The translations under genes and the position numbers were made by a program. This document shows positions 50,180-64,000 of a DNA stretch of 64,000 nucleotides, in pieces. Origin of the DNA: Octopus sinensis (Eukaryota); assembly GCF_006345805.1 (NCBI RefSeq), contig NC_043005.1, positions 58,218,001 to 58,282,000 of the forward strand, given 5' to 3'. How positions within the stretch are numbered: position 1 is the first letter of the stretch; each line of letters begins with the position of its first letter. The notes beneath the pieces were generated by a model. The model made no database searches and was not told the DNA's origin. It saw nothing but the letters and a program-made list of their open reading frames with translations.

Positions 50180-51686
50180 ACATGTATGTATATATATATA
50201 TATGCTGGTATCACATAGTAAGCTCTAGTGCTGATACCAGGTGAAGAGCACCTAGTACACTCTGTAGAGTGGTTGGTATTAGGAAGGGCATCCAGCTCTA
50301 AAAATCAAAATGTACAAAAGAGGCTGGTGTGGTTCCTGGCCTTACCGACTCTGCCAACTCCAGTCAAACCATCCAATCCATGTCAGCATGGAAAATGGAT
50401 GTAAAATGGCGATGTGGATGATGATAATGCTTATATAGTGATATCATCATCATCATCATCATCGTTTAACGTCCGTTTTCCATGCTAGCATGGGTTGGAC
50501 GGTTCGACTGGGGTCTGGGAAGCCAGGAGGCTGCACCAGGCTCCAGTCTGATCTGGCAGTGTTTCTACAGCTGGATGCCCTTCCTAACGCCAACCACTCC
50601 ATGAGTGTAATGGGTGCTTTTCACGTACCAGGGGAGGCTGGCAACAGCCACGATCAGTTGGTACTTTTTACGTGCCACCGGCACGGGGACCAGTCAAGGC
50701 AGCGCTGTCATCGGCCACATTCAGATGGTACTTTTTATGTGCCACCGGCACAGATATCACAACTATAATTTCCATTTGACTTTTTGATGTTGATGTACTT
50801 GGTGTGTATATGTAATATGCATGTGTGTTTTTATATGGGTGTTTACATTCTATGCTTTTCCCCCATAAAGTCACCATTGAGCCACTGACAGCGGTATTGT
50901 TGATGTTTCTCTGTCTAGATATTGTCCATGAAATCTGTGCTTTTGAAGATGATCAGAATAAAAACTCCCTTTCTTGGAAAATAGGTAACAATGGTTCAGG
51001 TCACAATGGACGTCCAGCTGTGAAAAGTGCTTCAATAATATATATAGCCATCTAACTCATACTAGCATGAGAAAAAGAATATAAAATGAACAAATAGTGA
51101 GATAACATTTTTTATTATCAACACACAAAGTTATTTACTGGCATAATGGAGAACTGGGCTTTGTCAATTATATTAAATAAAATATAATTACATTTCTGAG
51201 ATAGATGTTAAAAAAAAAGTATTATCTGTTGACAGAAGTGAACTCCAGTTTAATGTCAACAATTTAATTATTCAATTTATCACTTGTATGGAAAAAAACG
51301 ATTCGTTCTGTTGCTATTTTGACTTGTTTGCTTCTGTGTGTTTGTTCAGATGATAAAGAGATGTTACCTGAATAACTGCATGAAAGCAAGAAATGGAGTG
51401 TGATTTGAAGAGGGGCGTTTAGCTGCTGTTTCTCGTATATACAGCTTGGCACCAGTGACGTCACTCCTCATTTCTACAGCTGAGTGAACTGGAGCAACGT
51501 GAAATAAAGTGTCTTGCTCAAGGACATAACACACAGCCTGGTCTGGGAATCGAACTCACTACCTCATAATTGTGAACCTGAAGTTCTAACCACTGAGCCA
51601 TGCATCTGTCTACGTCCCCCTGTAACTTAGCAGGTCAACAAATGAGAGCAGGCTTAAAAGTTTAAAATAAGTACTAAAATAAGATA

Positions 51687-52105
51687 GGCGCAGGAGTGGC
51701 TGTGTGGTAAGTAGCTTACTAACCAACCACATGGTTCCGGGTTCAGTCCCACTGCGTGGCATCTTGGGCAAGTGTCTTCTGCTATAGCTCCGGGCCGACC
51801 AATGCCTTGTGAGTGGATTTGGTAGACAGAAACTGAAAGAAGCCTGTCGTATATATGTATATATATATATGTGTGTGTTTGTGTGTCTGTGTTTGTCCCC
51901 CCACCATCGCTTGACAACCGATGCTGGTGTGTTTACGTCCCCGTCACTTAGCGGTTCGGCAAAAGAGACCGATAGAATAAGTACTGGGCTTACAAAGAAT
52001 AAGTCCCGGGGTCGATTTGCTCGACTAAAGGCGGTGCTCCAGCATGGCCGCAGTCAAGTGACTGAAACAAGTAAAAGAGTAAAAGAGTAAAAGAGAGAGA
52101 GAGAG
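51687..52105 (+). mobile_element. Full-length SINE family A
   Basis: tRNA-like head GGCGCAGGAGTGGCTGTGTGGTAAG..GGGTTCAGTCCC, central (TA)(TG) tract, Nin-like GATAGAATAAGTAC..GGGGTCGAT segment, (TAAAAGAG)n tail. Confidence 0.9.
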
Positions 52106-52739
52106 TAATAGGTTGATTTGTTTTGACTAAAATTTTTCAAGGCAGTGCCCCAGCGTGGTCGCAGTCTGAAGACTTGAAACAATTAAAAGATAAAAAAAAT
52201 AATTGCTAGTCTTCACCAACTGTTAACATTATTTTGAACTGTAAGTAATACTGTTTACCTAGTCAGCTCATTATGTAGCAATCCAACAAGAGTGTCTCTA
52301 TGCAGTTGCTCAATTTGCTGGAAATAGCAGCCAAATCTTACTTAAACCATACCCTGTTGTCTTATTAAAAGAAAAGACAAGATACTTGCTCATTTCTGTC
52401 TCACCCTTTCTCTATGTCTGAATGTTTCTCTCTCTCTCTCTCTCTCTTTCATTCTATACCTGTTTATCTTTCTCTCTCCCTCTCTTGATATGTGTGTTTA
52501 TCTCTTCCTCTTTGTGTATTTATCCATTTCCCTCCTCCCTTTATGTTTTTGTGTTTTCTCTCTCTCTCTCTCTCTCTCTCCCTCTTTTTATATCTATCTG
52601 TTTACCTCTCTCTCTCTCTCATTATGTATTTCTCTCTCTCTTTCTGTTTATCTATGTGCATGATTCTCTTTTTTCTCTTTCTCACTCCCTCTCTGTTTCA
52701 CTCACTCCTCTTCGGATGTGGTATGTGTGTGTGTGCATG

Positions 52740-53165
52740 TGTGTGTGTGGGTGTGAATGGCTTAGTGGTGTGTGTGTATGTTTGTACAAGTGTGTGTATG
52801 AATGTGTGTGCATGTGTGTGGTGTGCATGTGTGTCTGTGCATGCGTGCATGTGTGTGTATGCACAAGCATATGCATGTGTGTGTGAATGGGTAAGTGGTG
52901 CATGTGTGTATGTTTGAACATGTCTGTGTGTGTGTATGAATGTGTATGTATGCGTGCGTGTGCGCGGGTGTGTGAGTGTATGCGTGTGTGAATGGGTAAG
53001 CGGTGTATGTGTGTATGTTTGTGCATGTGTGTCTATGTGTGTGTATGAATGTGTGTGCGTGCATGTGTGTGTGTGTGAATGGGTAAGTGGTGCATGTGTC
53101 TGTGTTTGTATGAATGCACTCGTGCGCATGTGCGTTTGTGTGTGTGTGTGTGTATGCATGCATGC
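52740..53165. repeat. (TG)-rich minisatellite with recurring GTGAATGGGTAAGTGGTG anchor
   Basis: Anchors at 52753, 52883, 52988 and 53075. Confidence 0.85.
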
Positions 53166-53689
53166 ATGTGTGTGTTTTAATTAATGCTTTTATAAATCAT
53201 TTTTTGGGGATTCTAATTATGTCTGAGGATAATCTGTGTACATAAAATGTAAATTGATAAATGACTTTCATGTCACATATCTTTCTTTATAGTTTTCATT
53301 ATGATGATGATGATGATCATCATCATGGTGGTGGTGTGAGTGTAATGATGATGATGGTGATGATAATGTTGATGATGGTTGTGGTGACAGTAGTGATGAG
53401 GATGGTGGTGACAGTAGAGATGAGGATGGTGGTGTTGGTACTCAAGACAATAATGTAGATGATGATAATGATAATTTTAATGTTTTTTATAGACTTACTT
53501 TCAGAGTTCTGTTCATTAAGTTCAAAATATTGGTTTCAAATTTAAGTACAGGGCCAGCATTTTATTTTTGGGGTGAGAGAGCAGTAGTTGATTACATCAA
53601 CCCTAGTACATGACTGGTATTTATTTTATTGATCCTGAAAAATCACTGTCTGCCACATATACAGGCTAGTCCTTTCAGGTTCTGGTGCC

Positions 53690-54425
53690 ACTTAAAAAGC
53701 ACCCATGCCAGTGCTACATTAATGCACCTGTGCCAGGTCTGCATTAATGCACCCATGCCAGTGCTGTATTAATGCATTATTGATGTGTCTGATGATAGCA
53801 CGCCTGACTGACATCCATGCTAGTGGAGCACTAAGAGCACCATCTGAGTGTGTTCGTCACCAGGGCTGCTGACTGGTTCCCGTGCCAGTGGCATGTAAAA
53901 AGCACCATCCAAGCATGATCGTTACCAGTGTCGACTTACTGGCACTTGTGCCGGTGGCATATGAAAAACAACATTCGAGCAAGGTCATTGCCAGTGCACC
54001 TGGACTGGCTCCTGTGCAGGTAGCATGTAAAAAACACCATTTGAATGTGGCACGTAAAAGCACCCACTACACTCTTGGAGTGGTTGGTGTTAGGAAGGGC
54101 ATCCAGCTGTAGAAACTCTGCCAGATCAGATTGGAGGCTGGTGCAGCCATCTGGCTCTCCAGTCCTCAGACAAACCACCCAACCCATGCTAGCATGGAAA
54201 GTGGGCATTAAATGATGATGATGATGCCAGTGCTGCATGCACTCATGCCAATGGAACGTTAAAAAGCACCCGGCACACACTGCTAAGTGGTTGGCATTAG
54301 GAAGGGCATCCAGCGGCAGAAACCATAACACAACAGACAGCTGGAGTCTGGATAGCTCCATGTCAAACCGTCCAACCCATACCAGCACGGAAAACAGATC
54401 ATAAACGATGATGATGATGATGATG
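53690..54425 (+). mobile_element. RTE 3' UTR fragments with multiple TGCCRGTGGCA-TAAAAAGCACC modules and two (GAT)n tails
   Basis: Same modules as 2500-2955. Other tails at ~6290-6470, 18250-18440, 27676-27870(-), 34660-34830(-), 42035-42160, 50240-50420, 50456-50790(-). Confidence 0.85.
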
Positions 54426-55034
54426 ATTAAAGGATGAAAGGCAAAGTTGACCTTGGGAGAATTTGAGCTCCCAATGTAAAATCAAGAGGAACACTGCTAA
54501 GCATTTTGTCTGAAATAGTAACAATTCTGCCAGTTCACGGCCTTCAGTAGTTCAAAATGATATAAGGGTTCTCCTACATTACAGAATCACTGGTTATGCT
54601 TACGGAACTGGTTGTATTAATCTCTTCCTTCCTTTCTTTCTTTCTTTCTTTCTTTCTTCCTTCCTTCCATTCTTTCTTTCTTTCTTTTTTTTTTTTGGTG
54701 GTGGTGAGTGATGAATACCAAAAAAAGTTCTGTAGAAATGTATTACAATTTATAACATGGAAGTCAGTAAGAAAATAAGTTTTGCGCTACAGAACATCCC
54801 CATTATGGCAAAGCTTTCAAGAATACAACCCTTCCATAACATGAGGGACATTGCCCTTCATGCTGGGGTTTGGAGGAAGGAGCAGTGCCTGTGACCTTTT
54901 TTTTAGGTCTCCTGATACAGGTGAAATTGATGTTATTAATGACTCCATTGCTGATATTCTTTTATTTCTTGCTGTTTCAGTCAATGGACTTGACCATTCT
55001 GTTTTTTTTTTGGTGTTTTTTACTTAAGTCAAGT

Positions 55035-55450
55035 ATTCTTTTATTCTTTTATTCTTTTACTTGTTTCTGTCATTTGACTGTGGCCATGCTGGAGCATGCC
55101 TTAAAAGGTTTTGTAGTTGAAGAATTTGACCCCAGGACTTATTCTTTGTCACCCTAGTACTTGCTCTATCGGTCACTTTTGTCAAACTACCAAGTCACGG
55201 GGATGTAAACACACCAACATTAGTTGTCAAGCAATGGTGTGGGGACAAACATGGACACAAAGACACATGCACATAAATACACACACGCACACACACATAC
55301 ACACACACAATGGGCTTCTTTCAGTTTGTCTACCAAATTTACTCCCAAGTTTTGCTCAGAAGACACTTGCCCAAAGTGCTATGCATTGGGACTGAACCTG
55401 GAAGCATGCAGTTTGGGGGCAAGCTTCTTACCACACAGCTGCACCTGCGT
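55035..55450 (-). mobile_element. SINE family A
   Basis: Reverse complement of the 51687 copy. Confidence 0.85.
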
Positions 55451-55859
55451 ATTATCCAGTTTAATATCAGAGTGACCTTCCCTTTGAGACATGCTTTAAC
55501 AAAAGCTAAGGGCTGCTTCACTCCTAGTGGTTTACCAGTATGCTGGACACCAACTCAGAATTTCTGAGTGCTTGTGCTACTGCTGGATGCTCATTGAGCC
55601 TATACTGGGTTCATTTGTCTTTATGACAGTTCTCATTTTTAGTCTTGCTGCGTTTCTAGCGACCCTCCCCATCACCTGTTTACTGGAGATCCCAGTAATT
55701 TATTTAGATGATTCAGGCATTGATTGCACTCACTTTTTCAACTTGTGCAGTTATATCTTTTACATGTATTTGGGTGTCAAGTGTAAGCTAGAGCTTCTTT
55801 TCTTTAAATGTTATGCCTTTTTATATTTTACCTATTGAGATGTCTTGAGAAGTCGTAGT

Positions 55860-56465
<606 letters not shown>

Positions 56466-57085
56466 AATGCACCAGATAATTTTTGATAAACATCTAACTT
56501 TTTACAGGCGTTGTTATTGTTATAGAAAGAAAGGGAACCATGTTGGCTGCATAATAGTTAAATAAACGAGAACTGTAAAAACTTCTTGCAGGCTGTAACT
56601 GGAAATAGATAAGAAAAAGAAGTAAAAAAAGAAGCTATGAACAAAAATACAAACAAGTAGACAAAACAAAAAACCAGAAATGTATTGCGGAGTCTGGCTT
56701 ATTGATTTAAAAAAAAAAAATTTTGTGTGAAGCAATGACTATATGTAATCTTATTACGTGTCCCTTCCATATTCAACATTTTCTTTATGTTCTTATAAAT
56801 ATCAAGTTCTTTTAACACCGTTTACTACTACAAATTATATAAGTCTGAGATTTTGCTTGATGAAGCAAGAAATACTTTTCAGACAGAACTGTGCCTATGT
56901 AATTTTGAAGCAATCATCTAACAAAAGCCTGTGTGTTTTGGTTTGGAATCAGATGTCTAGGTCAGTCTAAATGGCTGTGTGTGACAGAATGGTATGGCAA
57001 ATCTCATTAAGTCTTTATTTAAAGTCAAATAATGTTAAATGTTAATGTTATATGTGTATGTGTGTATGAATGATGGTGTATACAT

Positions 57086-57142
<57 letters not shown>

Positions 57143-58096
57143 TATGCAACAGAAGCTGTATTAGATTAGAATAGCTATCTATGTATCATACCTAATGTAA
57201 ATATTTTGTGAATAAGAACAAAATGTATATATCAAAAGGATACAGAACTCTTCAAAGCAGTGGTGAATGAGACTGCCAGATGTATTTCTGCTTCATTACG
57301 CATTATCAATAATGTATACTAACTGCCAGCGTATATAGGCAAAATTTGTCTTCGTTGTTGTATACGTAAACAGTGAAAAATAATCACTGATGTTGCAGGT
57401 GGTTACTAGACTGAAAAATTCATGGTATGCAACAGAAGCAGTATTCATTTAAAATGGCCACTTATTTATCATATGTAATAGGTTGGATGTGGTGCTGACA
57501 AAGAAGCAAAGACTTTTGAAATATAGCATATACACACCTATTACCCATTTTTCATCTTTGATCTCATTGTAGCTTACATTAGGCATACTTGGATATGAAA
57601 TGTCTTAACAAATCAGTGCTATTTCTATACAAATTCTGTAGAGATAACCTTAACAAGTAATTTGATAACACTGCTAACACAGTAGAACAGAGTATTGACT
57701 TATAAAGCACTTAATATACTTTGTATTGTAGTATATTATCATTGAATAATGAAATATGGTGTCTCTACAAGTCATTAACTTAATATAAGCACATTTTGAA
57801 TGGTAAAAAAACTCCCTGTAGTATTTGCCTAAAGATAGTATCTCCTACTGATGCATTGTGTTTAAAAACAATATGTGTATATCAGAGGGATGAAGAATTC
57901 TTCCCAGCAACAGCAACAGCAGCAGCAGTAGCATTGATCTTGCAACAAGCAAATTAGCTAGTTAAGAAAATCTCTATTAGAGATGAAAGCAGTAATTATA
58001 CTGAGAAGTAATTTCTGTCACCACTTAAACACGGCTGTTCTGTAGGAATCAACATTACTGCTTATATATATACATATATACATATATATATACATG

Positions 58097-58138
<42 letters not shown>

Positions 58139-59756
58139 ATATATTATATATATATATATATATACACACACACAACACACACACATACATGTATATACAT
58201 GATGTACTGAAATAATATAATGAAATAAATATCAAGCCAGCTGTTGCTGAATGCAGATATGGCACAAGTCTGGATAATACTAAAACAGTTGGCAAGCTAT
58301 GAACTACTTGATAATAGAAAGCTATCAACAACAACAACAACAAATACAACAATAGCTGCACCTTTCTCTTGCTGTATGTTTGTATGTATGTCACTTTTAT
58401 TTCCTAATTATTATAAATCTTCCACTGAAGAGGGAGCCAGTTTCCAACAAAGATACAAGGCTCCATCCTTGGGATGTAGTTAACACAGACAAATTCAGAT
58501 GTGAGAGCTGTTGCTGTAAGAGTGAGGTAGATCCGGCCACCCCTGTTAACGGGAACAAACCCAGATTTGAAATACTGGAATTCGATAGAACAATAACCAA
58601 TACAATATTAACAAAGCTAGCACACACACACATAGACAGACTCACAGAGACAGACAGACAGACAGAAACATGCATGTATGCACAGGGTATACATCATAAA
58701 TGCTAAAGAATGTAAAAGTACACAATTTTTTTTACACTTTAAGAAACTAGCCTGGAGTGCAGTGTGAATGTCTGAAAAACACATCATTGATAAGGTCACA
58801 GGCTGCGATAAAAGGACTTTGATAATTAGTTGATTGATAAATAACTACAACCACTGCATAATTTTTATTGGCCAAATGACCTTTCCAAAGTACAAGTTCA
58901 TGTGTGATATCTGTGTGTGTAGTCCATATTACTGGCTAGCATGTTTCTCCTCTTAGAAGAGTGTTAAATATGATGCAATTTCTACAAATTGAGAAAAGTT
59001 CCACATGATTAGTAGTTATTGATAATGGCAACTCTACCAGTAATAGTATTTCGACTTACCACCCTCTTAACTGGGTAATCGGTGATGTGCCTTGTAGAGT
59101 CAGTGTTTCAATGATATGTTCCATGATGTGGGAGAGGTAAGAACTTCAGCTTCTAAGTGGGGGACTTGGTTGTGATCTGATGCAGCTTGGCATAAAAGTT
59201 GCCTCTATTATATTGGTAGAGTTAAGGAGGGAGAGGCTGCAAAAGTATCTTTGGCAGTTGGGAGATAAACAGAATGGGAAATTATTGTCTTTTGTCAATG
59301 AATTGTGCAGTGATATTTGATGGCAATTGTACTAACACAAACCATTTTGTTTGTACGACTACATAACTATGTCACTGCTGCATATTTGATTGAAAGATTT
59401 TAAATGAATTAAGCTTCAAGTCAAGATACAGTTAAATTAAAAATCTTATCTTGTTTCTACCAAAAATTGTAATCCTACAAATTCCACTCAACATATGTTG
59501 TTTTAATTTTAATTTACTCAAACACAACTGCTACAGTCAAATTTGTCACATAGCAATAGAAAGAGACGAAGAAGGAGAGAAAGAGAGAGAGAGGGGGTGA
59601 GAGAGAGTAGGTGACAGAGAGTAGAGGATTGAAACTTACTTGCAGTATTATTGGATCAGTGTTTAACAGAGGTTTCAAGTAAATTAAATTCCAAATAAAG
59701 ATTTGAAATTTTAACATATTTTGGGTAAAAATGCTATTAAATTATAGATGTATGTA

Positions 59757-60005
59757 TGTTCCTTCTCGAGCCATGCCAGGCTCATAAGGGCCAGTTTCCC
59801 AGTTTCGGTAGCGTAGAAATTCCCCACCTGGACCGGATGCCAGTCCGTCGCAGGATTAGTCATTTTTGCCAGCTGAGTGGAGTGGAGCAATGTGAAAATG
59901 AAATGTTTTGCTCAAGAACACAACGCATCGCCTGGTCTAGGAATCGAAACCACAACCTTACAATCATGAGTTCAACACCCTAACCACTAAGCCACACGCC
60001 TCCAC
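59757..60005 (-). mobile_element. SINE family C with alternative (V-SINE-like) tail
   Basis: tRNA head and Meta-like core, then CCTGCGACGGACTGGCATCCGGTCCAGG. TSD AGATGTATGT at 59746-59755 and 60006-60015. Confidence 0.85.
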
Positions 60006-60059
60006 AGATGTATGTTAATGTATGTATAATATATATTGGAAGAATAATTTGTTTGATAG

Positions 60060-60250
60060 GTTTAGCCTGGGGGTAGGTGATATTCCAATGTTCCTTGTAG
60101 ACCTTCTGAAGACTGGTGAGATTGGTGTAGTTATTAACACTTCACACATATTGTTCCGAAGCATGCACAGGGAAGGAATTCCAGAGGGGTGACATTCTGC
60201 AGAAGAATAACATTCTCGATATAGTGGTTGGTGTAGGTCTATAGAGTGTG
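60060..60250 (-). mobile_element. Old LINE (CR1/L2/Jockey-like) C-terminal fragment
   Basis: LYRPTPTTISRMLFFCRMSPLWNSFPVH resembles the FF.R...LWN.LP terminal motif. Confidence 0.45.
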
Positions 60251-60794
60251 AGGGTGGGGGTGGGGGTGGGTGATGGAATGGACAACTGCATTTGGTAAGA
60301 TTTCTCCTGGATCGAACCTACAATCTTAAGATCATAAGTGCAACGCCCTAACCACTAAGCCACACATGCCTGTACACACAGACATGCACACATAGTTATT
60401 GTGATGATGATGATGATGATGACGATGATGCTCATCATCTTCATCATCATCATCATTGTCATCATCATCTTGGTAATGTGATAATCTGTTATAACCTTGA
60501 AACTTATCATCCATTGGATTTAATACAGAATCTAGCAAATAATTATTTGTTGAACAAATATATTCTCTTGAATTTGTTTACTGTTTGTTGAAAATGCAAG
60601 GAAATGTTCTATTAAAAAAGCAAAGACCTTGAGTTTTATGAGATTACAATAGAGACTGTTGAACTGGTGATGGCTGTTTCATTTTCTTAGCATTTTAAGC
60701 CATGGCACTGAAAGGTTTCACAGTTGGAAACTAGGTAGACCTCACTTGAAGTGAGTTATGAAACAGGCGCAAACACACATACGCACGCACGCAT

Positions 60795-60839
<45 letters not shown>

Positions 60840-61149
60840 AACACACAAAGACACACACACTAATATATATGTATATATATATATATATATATATTGGGCT
60901 TCTTTCAGTTTCTGTCTGCCAAATCCACTCACAAGGCTTTGGTTGGGTCGCAGCTATAGTAGAAGACACTTGCCCAAGGCGCCATGCAGTTGGACTGAAC
61001 CCAGAGCCATGTGGTTTGAATGTGTATATGTAAGTTTTGTATGTATGTATATATATGTATGCATGTATATGTGTATGCATTTATGACAGTTTATATGCTT
61101 ATGTGTACTGTGATATGTGTGTTTCTATGTCTCTTTCTCTCCCTCTCCT

Positions 61150-62045
<896 letters not shown>

Positions 62046-62610
62046 TTGTGTGTGTAGGGTATGTGTGTGTGTGTGTGCATATATGTATGTGCCCTTGCGT
62101 ATCTACTGTATGTAAATATGGATAAGAAGTGGTAAAGGTTGATGACTTTGATGTCTGATGTCATTGGTCGATGAACTTTTTGACATGTTCCTTTTAACTG
62201 AGAAAATATCTGCGAAGGCTTTATGACTTTTTAATTATAACTTATGGCATCGCTATGTCTATTGATTCGTAGATTATTCCCAGATATTCTATGTCATTGT
62301 TAAACCATAACCTAACTTAGATAAGTGAATTTAGATTGTATATTTATATGATCTCTCCGTTTGCTATTTGCGTGTTTTCAGCCACTCATTCTAATTCTCT
62401 TATATATTCCAATGTAAAATTTAAAGGGGTCTCTAGTCCAGGTAATGTTTGCCTTATCTTACCTGTTTAAAATCTTCCCCATTTAAAATTTTACCTAATG
62501 ATGGTGGGTTGTATCTTATGATGTAATTTTTCATCACCGCATTAAATAAATAAAATTCTACTGAAACAGCTGTAAATTTTAAGTCCCATTTGTGTTTATT
62601 ATATATATAT

Positions 62611-62974
62611 ATTCTTTTATCTTTTATTCTTTTACTTGTTTTAGTCATTTGACTGCCTTTTAGTTGAACAAATTGACCCCCCAGGACTTATTCTGTAAGC
62701 CTAGTACTCAGTCTATCGGTCTCTTTTGCCGAACTACTAAGTTACAGGGTTGTAAACACACCAATATAGGTTGTCAAGCAATAGTGGGGGGGGAAAGTCA
62801 CAGATTTACACACACACACACATATACGACGGGCTTCTTTCAGTTTCTGTCTACTAAATCTACTCACAAGACTTTGGTCAGCCTGAGGCTATAGTTGAAG
62901 ACACTTGCCCAAGGTGACACGAAGTGGGACCATGCGGTTGGTAAGCAAGTTACCACACAGCCATGCCTGCACCT
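62611..62974 (-). mobile_element. SINE family A
   Basis: Reverse complement of the 51687 copy, with internal deletions. Confidence 0.85.
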
Positions 62975-62995
62975 ATATCAATATATATATATATA

Positions 62996-64000
62996 TTAGG
63001 TTATCCGGAAAGTTTGTTCCGATTGATAGAAGCTTATCTTTTGACTTATTTTAGACATGGTTGAGTCCATAAAATAGGATTTGACTACTTCTCCATTTAG
63101 AGCACAGTTTAAGCTATCTTTTCATGGAAGAGGGTTTAAGTTCCTATAACCTGTGTTAATTCTGTAACCCTTTAAAATGGAAGATAAGAAAGTTCATTTT
63201 CGGCACTTGATGCTTTTCTTTTTCCGTAAAGGGAAAAATACTTCTCAAGCAACCAAAGAAATATGCGCAGTTTACGGTGATGTCTCTGTATCTGAAAAAA
63301 CTGTATGGAAGTGCTTCCCAAGGTTCTGAGCTGGAGATTGTAGCCTTATTGATAAAGAGCAATCAGGCAGACCATCCACTACAGATGATGACCAAATCAA
63401 GTCATTAATTGAGAATAACCTACATTGCACAACCGAGAATTGGCAGAAAGCCTCAGCCTATCAAAATTCATTGTTGATGAACACCTTGGGTACACAAATA
63501 ACTACGATGTTTGGGTACCTCATGAGTTGAGTGAGAAGAACCTTTTGGATCGCATTTCTATCTGTGATTCGCTTTATAAATGGAATGAAAATGCGCCTTT
63601 TTTAAAGCAAGTTGTGACAGTTGATGAGAAATGGATTATCTACCAAAATGTTCAGAGAAAGTGATCCTGGAGTAAGCGACATGAGCCACCCTTAGCCACC
63701 CCAAAAACGGCTTTTCACCCTAAAAAAGTTTTGCTTTGTGTCTGGTGGGATTGGAAAGGAATTCTGTACTATGAGCTTCTCCCAAGTAACCAGACAATTA
63801 ATTCTGAGAAATACTGCACACAACTGGACGAGTTAAAAGCAGCAATTCCCAAGAAATGTTCAGAATTGGCCAACAGGAAGGGTGTTGTTTTCCAACATGA
63901 TAATGCAAGACAGCTTCTTTCTTTGGGAACCAGACAAAAATTGCTGCAGCTCGGCTGGGATGTGTTACCCCACCCTCCATATTCACCAGATATTGCTCCT
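62996..64000 (+). mobile_element. Mariner (DD34D-type) transposon, pseudogenised transposase, runs off the window end
   Basis: TA|TTAGGTT TIR start; ATG at 63177. Motifs WVPHEL, VTVDEKW, KKVLLCVWWD, FQHDNAR, HPPYSPDIAP. In-frame TGA at 63327, a frameshift and a further stop at ~63662. Confidence 0.93.

Noticed and set aside
58420-58480. CTGAAGA followed by a GGAGCC/GGCTCC stem
   Set aside because: No GAAA or helix III after the stem.
58062-58675. Signal-peptide-like and Ser/Gln-rich minus-strand ORFs
   Set aside because: The hydrophobic run comes from (TTG)n; no convincing splice donors or homology.
59040-59330. Strong minus-strand donor (GGTAAGT) with upstream open frame
   Set aside because: In-frame stop in the only long frame; may be an old LINE remnant or non-coding exon, unsupported.
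62200-62600. Possible second PLE remnant (IIRYNPP, FYIG) on the minus strand
   Set aside because: Motifs are too short and their spacing is inconsistent.

Overview
AT-rich eukaryotic (metazoan) DNA with no recognisable host protein-coding gene. The SINE, RTE and microsatellite content is most consistent with an octopus/coleoid cephalopod genome (inference). Almost all long ORFs in the track are microsatellite artefacts. The window is a patchwork of nested mobile elements: a Penelope-like GIY-YIG remnant; RTE, CR1, Tx1-like and R4/Dong LINE fragments; three tRNA-derived SINE families; a DD37D (maT) element, mariner elements, non-autonomous Helitrons, a Gypsy integrase scrap and several long foldback repeats. 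The main finding, made by manual folding, is a set of minimal type-I hammerhead ribozyme motifs of the Penelope/retrozyme kind. Five have canonical cores, and their helix III is an 8-nt palindrome AC-NNNN-GU with a different centre in each copy. One candidate carries a G3:C8 core swap, and one further motif is decayed. Other observations: a GGTA target-site bias of one SINE subfamily, a SINE trimer inserted as one event, a Tx1-like element inside a (TATC)n tract split by a CR1, and three phase-compatible candidate exons. Boundaries of decayed elements are approximate.
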